From assembly GCF_006345805.1 (NCBI RefSeq), contig NC_043000.1, forward strand, positions 25,482,001 to 25,546,000: DNA of 64,000 nt. Direction: 5' to 3'. Made by a program: the position numbers and the translations under genes. The notes below the pieces were generated by a model. The model had not been told where the DNA came from. It saw only the letters and a list, made by a program, of their open reading frames with translations, and made no database searches. The DNA is from Octopus sinensis (taxonomy: Eukaryota). This document shows, one piece after another, positions 37,467 through 50,784 of this stretch (its first letter is position 1; each line of letters starts with the position of its first letter).

Positions 37467-39520
37467 TTTAACCAGCCTGATCTGTTCTCTCGAACTGACC
37501 CTACAATGTTATTCTAAAATTAAACAGTTACACCATTGAAATCTACAAGCTCCAAGATAATGCATGGTTAATTCAAAACAAGGTGAATAAATAAGCATGA
37601 CATTTGACACAGAGTAATTTGAATGCTTAAGGGTCAAATACTTCAAACCAAATATGATACTCTGCTGATTATTAAAGTGCAGATATAATAACCACTAATA
37701 ACTCGGGTCGTCAGAGAATCAAGTTTTAATACATGAAATTAGACCTTATTACAGATATTGTGTACATCAGACCATATGTTTGAGATAAGAGGACTCCAAA
37801 TAGGTTTCATTTTTCACTTTGTAATTGACAGATAAGTTTTATCAAAAGGGGTCAAACGTTAAAAAAAAAAAGAAAAGAAAATTTTAAATAAAACATTTTT
37901 TAAAACCACCTTTCATAAGTATTTGAATCATCAAATTTATACAGTGGAAACTAGTATGGAGCAGAGGCGATGAAGGAGTGATATTATTGGTGTCTTTACT
38001 TATTGCTTTTGTAGGGGTTTCCACAAGTAGCCCTAGAAAATCTCCCACTTTTGGGGAAGTCTTCGTTGTTAGAATTTATATTGTTTTTATTGTTTAAGTC
38101 AAGACTATTGAAAAGGTTACAAGACGCAACGAAAATTTTAGGAAAATAAAAATAAGAAAAAAGTGGGAATTTTACCGGTAAGTGTGTTACATTATAAGGC
38201 ACAAAAAGAAAATGACTCTCCCCAGACACAACAGAATATGCTTCAACACATGAATTCACATAAAGAATATTGCAAACCAAATCCAAAAACGAAATACTGT
38301 TTACACACTTCTATTTATTTAACCCCACATTGTATTTTCCTGTACCATCTCCAAAGTTTCTTTTTTTGTGAACCCTTAGTGGTAAATAAAGAAAACATTG
38401 GTGTATTTTTGCCAAGGACCTAAAATGGTTTAGTAATGGAACAAAGCTTTAGCAACAGAATAAATTCTAAGACATCACTGCAGAAATGAAAAGTCAAAGT
38501 CTGCCTCTGTGTGATTTTAAAATATTCAAGCAAGGTTATTGCCAGTGCCGCTGGACTGGCTCCTGTACAGGTGGTACACAAAAAACACCATTTGAGCATG
38601 GCTGTTGCCAGTACCACCAGACTGGCCTTCATGCTGGTGGCATGTAAAAGCACCCACTACACTCTCAGAGTGGTTGGCGTTAGGAAGGGCATCCAGCTGT
38701 AGAAACTCTGCCAGATCAAGATTGGAGCCTGGTGCAGCCATCTGGTTCGCCAGTCCTCAGTTAAATCGTCCAACCCATGCTAGCATGGAAAGCGGATGTT
38801 AAATGATGATGATGGTGATGATGAATTAATGATTGCCCTTCAATTAGGCATGAACATCCAAACAACTCATTTCAAACCTGAAGTTCTGCGCCTCGTCAGA
38901 AGCAATCATAATTAAAATTATTTGAATTTTAATAACCGACAGGTTGTTATAAAAACAAAATCCTGATTTATTAAATCAATAATTTCCAGGGAATATCATT
39001 TGATTTCTAGGTCAAAAACAGCAATAATAACAGTTATTTTCGACAAATAAAAGATCAGAGAATATTTTTGTGAAAATAAAATGAAATATTTCATTTATGG
39101 CAAATGAACAAGGTTACTCAGCAAGTTGTCATCACCAAGTTAGGGAAAATACTTTATAATAATAATAATATTAATAATTAATAATGATGAAGGCAATAGA
39201 CTGCTTAAAACTGTCTAGGACACATTAATATACAATGTCAATCTGTCAGTCCTCACCAAATGTTTCTAGGAAGATTATTTCAATGACCTAGTTTTATCCA
39301 AATAACTGCCAAGTTTTTTCACTACAACACCAATTTATATAAAACTTGTATTAAAAGGTGAGTCAAGAGTACTTAGATACCTGATACATTTATTCAAGTA
39401 TTCAAACAATACGAACTAGTCTGGTCACAGTCTGATTGGCTTTTCGGTCACATATGTACCACCACCAACATTTTTTACAATGTGATTGTGTGTGTGTGTG
39501 TGTGTGTGTATGCATATATA

Positions 39521-39951
39521 TTTTATTCTTTTACTTATTTCAGTCATTTGACTGCAGCCATGCTGGAGCACCGCCTTTAGTCGAGCAAATCGACCACAGG
39601 ACTTATTCTTTGTAAGCCTAGTACTTATTCTATTGGTTCTTTTGCCAAACCGCTAGGTTACAGGGACGTAAACACACCACCATCGGTTGTCAAGTGATGT
39701 TGGGGTGGACAAACAGACACACACATACATACATATATATATACATACACACACACACACATATATGTGTATATATATATATATATAAATACAATAGGCT
39801 TCTTTCAGTTTCCATCTACCAAATCCACTGACAAGGCTTGGGTTAGCCTGAGGCTATAGTAGAAGACACTTGCCCAAGGTGCCATGCCGTGGGACTGAAC
39901 CTGGAATCATTTGGTTGGTAAGCAAGCTACTTATCACACACCCACTCCTGC
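39521..39951 (-). mobile_element. SINE family A copy
   Basis: Full-length reverse complement. Confidence 0.85.
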
Positions 39952-40265
39952 ATATATATATATGTATATATACTCACACACACACACATTATATAAACTC
40001 ACAAAGCAATCAATTTTCCTCTTAATGAACTTTGATTCATAGCTTGTATCTTTAACCTTGTCACACACCCCACCACCTTTATAATGTTTCTGTGGTTGTG
40101 TGTTGTTGTCCCTCAGTTTACAGACAACTGTAGACAAGCTTGGGTTGGGCTTTGGTCTATTGTACTTTACAAAATAATAATGGTTTCAAATTTATTTTAC
40201 TTTACAGAAACCAAAAATATCACTTCGCCAGTTTTCTTTTTCTTTTTTTTTTTGTTCTCCTTTAA

Positions 40266-40628
40266 TTATCTCCACCTTAGCGAAGGCAGGTGTTGTTTTC
40301 AGTCATGTTTGTTTGTTCGTTTGTCCCTGGAGACGGTATCTCAAAAACCACTGGATGGATTCAGATGAAACTTTCAGAAATGTTTGGCCTCGTGACTAAT
40401 ATGAATTGATTAGATTAATCCGGTATCAGACAAGGATTCTGGATTATTTTCCTTGTTTTTTTTTTACTTAATTTTTGAGAGCAGTTGGATTCATTTTTAG
40501 TATTTTCATTTGTGAGAGCAATCGAGTTTATTTCAGATATTCTCATTTTAAAAATCATCACTGGCTAATCATTGAGAGGACATTGGTGTTGCCTTGGCGG
40601 AGCTTTGCGCTCTCTAACTCCTCTTGTT
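40266..40628 (+). mobile_element. Helentron-associated (HINE-like) element, same family; partial copy at ~505-665
   Basis: TTATCTCCACC...GCCTTGGCGGAG...GCGCTCTCTAACTCCTCTTGTT. Confidence 0.65.
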
Positions 40629-41512
40629 TTACTTACTTTTCATTTCATCAACAGTGGGGTTGGCCATATTCTAAAAGTAACACTGCTAAGTTAGAATTAT
40701 TCTGCTTTTCATGTCTTTACTAACAATGCATATTTTCAAAGCATTTCTCTGAAATACAAACTATTATTTATAGCAGAAGTTGTTTTAAAAAAGCCACTTA
40801 GGGAAATGGTGGAGAGTTAGAAAGAGTCTTATTATTTTGGATAAAACATAACATTACCAATGTGTGTGTGTGTGTTATCATCATCATTGCTTTAACATCT
40901 ATTTTTTCCATGCTTGCCTGGATCAGATAGAATTTGTTGAGGTTGATATTCTATAGCCAGATGCCCTTCCCATTGCCAATCCTTTGTGTGTGTGTCCATA
41001 TCTTGACATAATGGTTTGTAAGTGACTCAAAAAAAGCCAATCTACCATTTACAGCTAACACAGTTACATTCATTTACAACTATCGTGCTGTGTCAAGACA
41101 AGAAAACACACACACACATGACTTCTTTCCACCTATGAAGGGCAATTTCCACTCATGAAATCCACTTACAAGGCTTTCATTGGCCCAGGGCTATAATAGA
41201 AGTCACTTGTCTAAGATGCCACCCAATGGAACTGAACTCAAAATGAAGTGGTTGGGAAACAACCTTCTTAACAACAAAGTTCCTATTATTAGCCATGGTG
41301 GAGCAACCCCTTCCAAGTGTCTTAATTGATCTTAATCCCAATACTTAATGCAGTTTGGTACTATATCAATCTTTATTCATCAAACAGCTCTCTTTTTCAC
41401 ATAAAGGAACACAATACCATACCACTGTAATGATGTGTACAAACTGAAGCACATATCATGTGATCGACCTGTAGCGTACACTTGAGTGAATTCCTCTTCC
41501 CTTTATTATATA

Positions 41513-41866
41513 CTAGCAGACTCGCCTGGCGTTGCTCGGGTTTGTTTCGACCCTTATGTAGCTTGTTATTCTCTTTAAGTGAACATTTTTCTGGTTGAAA
41601 TACACCGAAAAATGGCGACACAGCAGTAAAAAAATCGTAAAAAATAGGGATTTTCATAGAAAAAAAAGCACCTTTTTGATGTAAATAATTTTTGGTCTTA
41701 ACATGGTCTGATTTGAATTTTTTCTTCTACGGAAGGAACAGCAAGCCTTCTTCTATCATACTCTCAATTTTGGTCAACTTGTGCCGCAGGGTCTCGGAGG
41801 AGATAGTGTTAGTTGAAGGCTACCAAACTTTCCATACACAGACAACTTCAGCTTTATATATATAGA
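41513..41866 (-). mobile_element. Non-autonomous Helitron-like element
   Basis: Minus strand starts A|TCTATATATATAAAG, ends with a CCCGAGCAACGCCAGG hairpin and CTAG|T; inserted in an AT dinucleotide, no TSD. Confidence 0.8.
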
Positions 41867-42852
41867 TATACGAGCACTCCAATGTAGCAGATAACCCCGT
41901 TGTGTCAAAATCAAAAATCAAATAAAAAATGGAAATTGTAGTTGTGGCCGATGCCAGTGCCGCCTGACTGGCTCCCATGCCAGTGGCATGCAATAAGCAT
42001 CATTCATGCATGAGTTGTTGTCAGTGCTGCCTGACTGGTTCCCTGTGCCAGTGACATGTAAAAAGCACCATCCAAACTTTGTATTTCTGTCTTTTATAGT
42101 TGCTGCTGAAAGAAGGGACATGGCCTGTACCCTTCACAGTCTCTCTGGCACTGATCTGATTAGTGCAGCTGATGTGCAAGTGTCAACTTACAGCTGCAAG
42201 ACAATGCCTGTAGGAAAAAGAAAACTTAGCAAGTAAAGGATTCAGGAAGATTGGTGCTCTTCAGAGGAAGGACGGGGTTTAAGTGGAGGATTGGGAGATA
42301 AAGTGAATATAACGAGAGGAGCACAAACATGCCCTTCCTGTCAGCAACCCTAACCTGTTTCTAAGTAAGATAATATTTACACATGACTAGACATGATTTT
42401 CGTAAAAGGCTTACAAAGAATAAGTCCTGGGGTCGATTTGTTCAACTAAAAAGCGGTGCCCCAGCATGGCCACAGTCAAATGACTGAAACAAATACAAGA
42501 ATAAAAAGAGCATGTTAAAAAACAAAAATTGACTTGCTAATAATATTTTAAAACTTCTCTCCCTTAGATGCTAAAGCTGATGTTATGCTTTCACTGGTCT
42601 AATCAAACTGGTCAGTGAACTACAGCACTCCAACCATGACCATCTCATCGTTGAACAGCTTGACAGGAGCTGTCAAATCGAAGACCTGTGCCAGGCTACA
42701 TAGTCTGTTTTGACAAGGTTCCTACAGCTGGATGCCCTTCCTATTGCCAACCACTTTACAGAGTAAAACTTAAAGTACAAATTTTGATGATCCAAGACAA
42801 GATTTTAAATAGCCAATTTAAAAGTAAATGTTAAAAACAATTATATAATATA

Positions 42853-43460
42853 GGCATAGGAGCGGCTGTGTGGTAAGTAGCTTGCTTACCAATCACATGG
42901 TTCCAGGTTCTGTCCCACTGCGTGGCACCTTGGGCAAGTGTCTTCTACTATAGCTTCAGACCGACCAAAGCCTTGTGAGTTGATTTGGTAGACGGAAACT
43001 GAAAAAAGTCTGTTGTATATATGTATACGTATATGTGTGTGTATACGTATATATATATATATGGTAAGTAGCTTGCTTACCAACCACATGGTTCCAGGTT
43101 CTGTCCCACTGTGTGGTACCTTGGGCAAGTGTCTTCTACTATAGCTTTGGGCCAACCAAAGCCTTGTGAGTTGATTTGGTAGACAGAAACTGAAAAAAGC
43201 TCGTCGTATATATGTATATGTATATATATGTGTGTATACGTATATATATGTATATATATGTTTGTCTCCCCATCATCGATTGACAACCGATGCTGATGTG
43301 TTTATGTTCCCGTAACTTAGCGGTTCGGCAAAAGAGACCGATAGAATAAGTACTAGGCTTACAAAGAATAAGTCCTGGGGTTGATTTGCTCGACTAAAGG
43401 CGGTGCTCCAGCATGGCCACAGTCAAATGACTGAAACAAATACACGAATAAAAGAGAATA
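42853..43460 (+). mobile_element. SINE family A copy with tandemly duplicated 5' half
   Basis: Head restarts at TGGTAAGTAGCTTGC (~43062) after the internal microsatellite. Confidence 0.85.
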
Positions 43461-43552
43461 CATTATTTACATTTGACGGATATTTGTCCTCATCTTGTTT
43501 GTTGTTAACTAATGTAAATAATGTACATAATTCCTCCTCTCTTAGATATATA
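43460..43552. mobile_element. Short inverted remnant of the same tRNA/hammerhead element
   Basis: TACATTATTTACATTTGACGG...GTTAAC (minus) joined to AATGTAAATAATGTACATAATTCC (plus); inversion point essentially the same as in the 1.7-kb copy. Confidence 0.65.
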
Positions 43553-43971
43553 ATTATATAATATTCGTTAAGGTTATCTCTACAGATATTCAATAGAAAT
43601 TAAAGCCAGTGTTGATCTTTGCTACCACGTTTCGTATACATGATGCTAGACGTAAATAAACAATAAGATCGAAGATGAAAAATGGGTAATGAGCATATTA
43701 TATGCCACATTTCGGGGGGTTTTGCCCCTTCACCAGCAGCCATCAAATCTATTAAACATCTTCGAATACATTTCTTAAATAGCCACCATACATAGCAGTG
43801 TAAAGCTGTTGGATATACCAATTTACATATTATACACATTCCTGGAGCTGGTGTGTAAAGACTAATGACTTGTAGGTATGTGGTATTTCGTTATGCAACC
43901 ATTATCATCATCGTCGTTTAACGTCTGCTTTCCATGCTAGCATGGGTTGGATGGTTTGACTGAGGACTGGC

Positions 43972-44548
43972 TCCTCTGTGTTTAGCCCCTTGTGGATAGT
44001 AAAGAAATAGGTATTTCGTCTGCTGTTACATTCAGAGTTCAAATTCCGCCGAGGTCGACTTTGCTTTTCATACCTTCGGTATCGATAAATTAAGTACCAG
44101 TTACGCACTGGGGTCGATGTAATCGACTTAATCCATTTGTCTGTCCTTGTTTGGCCCCTCTGTGTTTAGCCCCTTATGGGTAGTAAAGAAATAATTATTT
44201 CGTCTGCCGTTATGTTCTAAGTTCAAATTCAGCCGAGGTTGACTTTGCCTTTCATCCTTTCGGAGTCGATAAATTAAGTACCAGTTACGCACTGGGGTCG
44301 ATGTAATCGACTTAATCCATTTGTCTGTCCTTGTTTGGCCCCTTATGGGTAGTAAAGAAATAATTATTTCGTCTGCCGTTATGTTCTAAGTTCAAATTCA
44401 GCCGAGGTTGACTTTGCCTTTCATCATTTCGGAGTCGATAAATTAAGTACCAGTTACGCACTGGGGTCGATGTAATCGACTTAATACCTATGTCTGTCCT
44501 TGTTTGTCCCCTCTATGTTTAGCCCCTTGTGGGCAATAAAGAAATAAG
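43972..44548 (+). mobile_element. SINE family C, tandem trimer (~182-bp units)
   Basis: GTTCAAATTCC B box plus GCCTTTCATCCTTTCGGRGTCGATAAATTAAGTACC, which resembles the Deu/Nin-type SINE core (from recall). Units joined at AAGAAATA(G/A)-TATTTCGTCTG. Confidence 0.75.
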
Positions 44549-44989
44549 ATTATATCAAGCTGATATTTGAAACATAAATTAACATAAGATTGTGTTGTAA
44601 GGCTTAATTTTAATTTCAAAGTCCTTATCAGAGAACCCAAAGTAGTCTGAGGCTGGTTGGTATCAAATTCAAGATGATTAAAAAAAATTTTTTTTTTACA
44701 CTAAAATTGATTTCTTCCTTAGCTTCACTGTTATCTGGTTTTGTCAACGTATTTGTACTTTGTATCAACCTTCACTTGACAAGTACAGACAACTCCTCAC
44801 TTCAGATAATATCTGTAATAGCCTCCACACTGTGTTGTCTTATTGATTAAATCAGACAAATATTTGAAGGTGAATCTATCATGACAGTCACATATGAAAC
44901 TAGTATATATACCATTTTTAATGGTTTAATTTGTAAGAAAGATCTGTGCCTTCACAAGCCCTCCACGACTAATAATGAGACTAATGGCT

Positions 44990-45490
44990 TTTTCATTAAC
45001 TGTGAGTTGAACCTGTTGCAAAAATATGATGAAAGAGAGAACACAGAGACAGGATAATCTGGATAGGAAAGATCAAGATAAGTGTTCAGTGTGTATCCCG
45101 ATAAGGGATAATATGAGTGATAAGAAGAGATGAGAGACAGGTGAGCCAAGGTGGAGAGGGTATGAGATTAGCCAGCTCCAAGAGCAAAGGCCCCTCAGAT
45201 GTCTGTAGAAAAGCAGTAAAGAGACGGTATGTCTGGGGACTAGAAGCTGGAATATAGTGGTGAATGTGCTAGTGAATGGCTCCATTAGTCCAAAATGTGC
45301 ATATGTGTGGCAGTAACACCATCATTTCATTTGCGGGAACAATACTCATTGAGGGTCTCATTTGAGTTGTGTAGAGATTTAACAACTGGTGGAAGATGAA
45401 GTATTTCATTGCCATAAAAAGGATCACCAGTCTTAGAGAGGTAGTTTTAGCAATGTGGGTCAGTGAATGGAACTTGTGCCCCATGAAGTA
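44990..45490 (-). mobile_element. Degenerate CR1/L2-group LINE 3' fragment
   Basis: LLNLYTTQMRPSM resembles LLTLYKAQIRPxxEY; RHTVSLLLFYRHLRGLCS resembles HRRxVxSLxxFYRYxxGxCS. Confidence 0.65.
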
Positions 45491-45849
45491 GGGTGCTAAG
45501 AGCACCATCCAAACATGATCGTTGCCAGAGCGGCTAACTGGCTTCCTCAAGCGGGATCGTTACCAGCATCATCTTACTGGCACCTGTACCGTTGGCATGT
45601 GTAAAAAGATTTGAGTGAGGTCGTTGCCAGTACCGCCTGACTGGCCCCCATGCCGATGGCACGTAAAAGCACCCACTACACTCTTGGAGTGGTTGACGTT
45701 AGGAAGGGCATCCAGCTGTAGAAACTCTGCCAGATCAAGACTGGAGCCTGGTGCAGCCATCTGGTTCGCCAGCCCTCAGTCAAACCGTCCAACCCATGGA
45801 AAGCGAATGTTAAACGATGATGATGATCATCATCATCAGTCATTGTGAA

Positions 45850-46365
45850 GCCCAACATTTGTAACAATTTGAGAGTCCTAGTTATGCGTCACCTATGAAT
45901 TAGGAGAGATGAGATACAAGAGTACTTCCTTAATTTGTACAGTGATTGTGTCTTCAACCAGTTGATATGACCCCCACTGGGGAATGTTTTTGAGGTCTCA
46001 GTTTGCCATGGTTTGGTATGAGGTGTCTAAGTTTTAAGTGGCTGACACATGGGAACAGATGGTTAGGGAGGAATGAAGTGGGGTGTCATCTCCATAGGAT
46101 TGGGCATTGGCAGAGGCGATAGCAAGTAGATCATTGATCAATAGAAGGAAGAAGGGGGTGGCACAAAACTGAACTCTGGGACAGATTCAAGTTGATAGAG
46201 TGTAAGTCAGAAAGAGCTCTATCAGTACATGGAGTAACTGTGTTATCTAACAAAAAGTCTCCACTTGAAGAGACGCGAGATGGATGGAGCCTATATAGGT
46301 AGGCAATAAAATTTGGAGATTTATTTGCTAGACACCTTTGCAATAACATTGTTTTTCCCAAATTT
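45850..46365 (-). mobile_element. Second degenerate CR1/L2-group fragment
   Basis: Similar decayed C-terminal motifs with frameshifts. Confidence 0.45.
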
Positions 46366-47549
46366 TTCATTTGTGCCGGTGGCAAGTAAAAAGCACCATC
46401 CAAACGTGGCCGATGCCAGTGCCGCCTTGACTGGCTTCCATGCTGGTGGCACATAAAAAGCACCAACCGATCATGGCCGTTGCCAGCCTCGCCCGGCACC
46501 TGTGCTGGTGGAACGTAAAAAGCAGCGAGCTGTCCAACCCATGCTAGCATGGAAAACAGACGTTAAACAATGATGATGATGAGGCCCCACTATGTGCCAG
46601 TTATGTGACACCAGCATCAGGCACAACTATGATTTCACTTGGCTTGACGGGTCTTCTCAAGCACAGCATATCACCAAAGGCCTCGATATACACACAAATA
46701 CAAACAACAGACTTCTTTCAGTGTCCAGCAACCAAATCACCTCACAAGGCTTTGGTCGGGCCAAGGCTATAGTAGAAGACAATTATCCAATGTGCCGCAC
46801 AGTGGGACTGAACCCAGACCCCTGCGACTGCAAAGCAAGCTTCTTAGTAACAGCCATGAGATGCAACACACATCTTAACAGGTTAAATCTTAAATCTGGG
46901 ATCATACTTAATAGAATACAACATCGTTTAATGCTACAGTACAGCTCTCAGTAGTTACAACAAATCTTTTATCTTTTACTTGCTTCAGCCATTGTACCGT
47001 AGCCATGCTGGGGCACTGCCTTGAAGGATTAAATTGAACAAATCTACACCAGTACTTATTTTTTTTAAAGTCTGTTATTTTATATTTTTTGCTGATCCCT
47101 AATTGTTAAGAAATGGGTGGGGGAACAAGCATAAATACATTGACATACAAACGACGGGCTTCTGCACAGTTTCCACCTGCCATATTTATTCACAAGGTAT
47201 TGATCAACCCAGGGCTATAGAAGATATTTGCCCAGGGTGCTGCACAATGGGACTGAACCCAAAACCACATGGTTACAAAGTGAGCTTCTTAAGCACACAG
47301 CCATGAATGCAATCATCATTATCGTCGTTTAACGCCCGTTTTCCATGCTAGCATGGGTTGGACGGTTCGACCGGGGTCTGGGAAACCAGGAGGCTGCACC
47401 AGGCTCCAGTCTGATCTGGCAGTGTTTCTCCAACTGGATGCCCTTCCTAACGCCAACCACTCCGTGAGTGTAGTAGGTGCTTTTTACGTGCCACCGGCAC
47501 AGGTGCCAGGGGAGACTGGCAACAGCCACGATCGGTTGGTGCTTTTTAC

Positions 47550-50292
47550 GTGCCACCGGCACGAAACAAGTTTCATTAAAAATCATAAGACACCCAACTA
47601 TTAAATTTGAAGAGCACGAAATGAGAGTTCGTGATATTCATGCCTTTCTCAAAGACATTATTACCAACTTGGCTGGATTGAAGCCAACCGGAAGACAAAA
47701 CCGAATTTCACTAACTCAGATTTTCCGAAATTTACCTCTTCTCAGGAGTAAAAGCAGCTGTTTACATAGATACAAAGTCCCACGCTTATGGAAGGAAAAA
47801 AGTTGTTTAACCCTAGGTCAGTCATGGTTCTGAAGACCTGTGATCAAAGTCGTTAAAACTGTTCCCATCCTGTCAAGGACAATATTGTCTTTTGCCTCCT
47901 TTTTTAAGATAATAGACGGTGATTGGAAAGAATTTAGCTGCTATGTCTAGAGGGTCGAGCGAGCACGAAAGAGAAATACTGTGAAATGAGAAAAGTGTGA
48001 CGTGACTTTCTCAAGGACATTACAATACAATAAAGTAAATTAATGACTATTAACTAGGTTGTGTAATCCTTCTTCGATATATTATATTAGGTTACACACT
48101 AGACACATCACACTATCATCACATGTTTGTAAGATTACGAAAACAACCTTGAGTTGTTATTTTCGCCCTGACTTCAAAAACAGCAAGTGAAGATGAATAG
48201 TCGAAGCTGAAAATCCTAAAGTGAACATGAATAGTTACGTCCACGAATCCTGTTTAATTTTATTGCTAAGGTAGACAGAAAAAAAGGGGTCGACAAATTT
48301 TGCACCAACACAAAACATTCTTGCTTTCGTATTTTCGTTTAGATAAAGAGGCTTGCTTGAGAGTCAGTTTTCAAATTCTATGGGTCAAAGGTTACATGTA
48401 AGATAAGATGTTTACAAACTAAATCCTCTACGTGGTCGTTCAAATTGCTACGAACGAAAATTCTATACTCCTTCAAATTACAACCTGCAGTCTTGGAAAC
48501 AAGATGCACTGAACAATATATACGAAAGACGGGATAGGCATGAACGGAACGCTTCAGATCATAACCTTATCGACTCTTATTAGAGCTAAACGAAAACAAA
48601 AAAAGGATAACGATTTAATGAAGGGCTGGAAAATTTATTTAGAAAAAGATTTAACAAGTGACATTACTATAAACCGTCTGCAAGTCTTTATCATAAATTA
48701 CGTGTAGCAACAGAATTGGTAAATATTTACAATAATTAAACGTGTTGGTTGGTAGGTGGGCCTAACAGAGTGAACGGTATTAAGAGGCGATTTAATATTA
48801 AAGTGAAATCCAGTGTAATTAAGAGAGATTATATTAGTGGAGACGTACAAATAGACTTTGATTATTCCATTTTTGTATTATGTTACTTATTGAACTTAGG
48901 GTCACCCTGATCGAGCTAACTATATTAAGACATTTCAGCCGCGATCATCACGATGCTTTTATTTAATCTTTTTGTTATTATTATTAATTTATTTATTTCT
49001 ACAAGTCACATTGTATCTGGGGATGCCATTATGCAGTATGCCTCTCCCCTTTTTTGAGACAGTAGGATGTTTTATGAAGATTTGACTGCTATTTCTACCT
49101 TATCAAGCAACCACCTAGAGCAAAGATTCTCAAATTTGCGGTACATACACAAACGGAGGGTTTGAGGCAGTATTTCAAAGGGCGCGACGATAAGGGGAAA
49201 AGTATAGGCCTAACTTCATCAAAATTGCTTGGAACAAAATTACTAAGTAACTTTATTAAAATCGTTTTAGAGAACAAAATTATTAATTAACTCTTAAAAA
49301 CAACATTATTCTGTTAGGCACCAGCGCGGGGAGACGATGTCATTCACCTTGTTTCGAACCAAGCCTCTTTAAGTTTGGAGGCAAGGTTGTGGGGTGAATG
49401 ACATCGTCTACCAATACCGAAGGATAGCTGCACTTCAATATTTCATACCATTGTATGTGTTTCAATTAAAATAATAATTTAATCAGTTATTAGAAGAAGA
49501 AAAAAACAGAGAATGTAAAAATTAATTAAACATTCCCTAGGGGTTAGGGGCATAAAAAACGTTACGAATCTCCCTTATTCAATTACCTAGTTTACCTGTA
49601 ACGACAGGTAAAAATTACTATTAATTGGATTTTAGAAATGAGTTAAGTAATACCAACCGACGGTGTTAATATAACTTCATTTATTGATAATCATGCTCGT
49701 AAGGGCATGAACGTTACAACTTCCCAGATCGCTTCTAAAGATAAGCTTTAATACTTATATACAAGACTCGAAGACAAGTAGCAATTTACACCATGTAATT
49801 ATCATCAATCCGTCTCATTTCCACCTGACTCCAGACGACGATAGACTCAAAGGGTAAAAATAATAAACAACACGTGTCTTAAGTACTAATGAAGTCCTTC
49901 CTCTACCCGTATGTAAGTATCGGGTATTTGTGGATGACCTTCACCAATGTTCAAATTATAAAGGCCAACTAATCTTTATCAGAAAGAAGAAAAAAAAACT
50001 TTTCACGAAAACAAAGATAAAGTGGAGTTATGCATGGATATATAAACACTAATCCGCCTCAGGATAACTTCACACACACACATATTATATATATACATTT
50101 ATATATAAATATATATATCTGTTGATCAGAGGTCCGAAAAAAAATTCAAAAGCACACTAAAAAAATTTTTTTCGAGCAGTAATAATATTTAATGTAGTGT
50201 TGGTTAAGGCTGGTCAGAAAGTTACCATTGTTTTCGCACCTACTAGCAATATCGACAACTCACCAGACTTGTTGGCCGGAACATAACCTTTA

Positions 50293-50330
<38 letters not shown>

Positions 50331-50760
50331 CGAGGGTGTGTTGAGTTGCCCTGTTGTGTATATAATGTATGTATACATAAAGGACTCATAAGTTGTCTAA
50401 TTCTTTTTTTTTTCTTCTTTTTATTTAGATTATTTCGTACATTGGCACAAAGGATCGGATACATAGGAATCGGTCATTATTAAGAAGTTTGCAGACTTTA
50501 AACCGATTCGCCTTCGATTACAGGTGGGACACGATCGGACGTGTAAATTGAATGAACATAACTGCGGCAGATGAGAAAGCAGAGAAAGGCGGGTTTTCAG
50601 CGCATTTCTGCTGCTAGCTTACATAATAACATTCATATGACTCGATGGAATGATGTAATTAAAAGCAAAACATGAAACATTAATGTCTGTGTGTATTCCT
50701 TACCTGATTCCGCAGCAACGGACAACACACATGTTGAAGCACTTTCCTCGTGGCCGCCAT
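47550..50760. promoter_or_regulatory. CpG-retaining, repeat-poor promoter-proximal zone
   Basis: Hand count: 20 CpG in 48001-48600 versus 3 in 3001-3600. Few recognisable SINE/LINE copies in this interval. Confidence 0.55.
50704..50760 (-). CDS. SUCLG2: Succinyl-CoA ligase [GDP-forming] beta subunit, coding exon 1 (mitochondrial targeting peptide MAATRKVLQHVCCPLLRNQ)
   Basis: ATGGCGGCC start, 19 codons, CAG|GTAAGG donor, phase 0 matching the phase-0 acceptor of exon 2. Basic peptide with no acidic residues, as expected for a transit peptide. Lies at the edge of the only long unique CpG-rich region. Not in the ORF track (too short). Confidence 0.85.
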
Positions 50761-50763
50761 TTT
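50754..50763 (+). promoter_or_regulatory. YY1-type motif CCGCCATTTT overlapping the SUCLG2 start codon
   Basis: Exact match to the CCGCCATNTT consensus (AAAATGGCGG on the coding strand). Confidence 0.6.
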
Positions 50764-50784
50764 AAAGATCTCACATGTCACAAC

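Larger units (their letters stand above)
5959..50703 (-). other. SUCLG2 intron 1 (44,745 bp), mostly filled with transposons
   Basis: GT at 50703-50702, AG at 5960-5959; phase compatible on both sides. Confidence 0.8.

Noticed and set aside
43704-43736. Hammerhead-like CTGGTGA-AGGGG-CAAAA-CCCCCC-GAAAT (minus strand)
   Set aside because: Core substitution, no NUH triplet and no stem I; at best a decayed relic.
49095-49277. Alternative SUCLG2 first exon
   Set aside because: Runs into the GATTTGRCTGCTATTTCTA repeat seen several times in the window; the 50704-50760 exon has the better start, donor and peptide.
5959-50703. Sense-strand bias of RTE 3'UTR copies in intron 1 (about 19 sense vs 9 antisense by eye)
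   Set aside because: Small, hand-counted and non-independent sample; not convincing without a genome-wide test.
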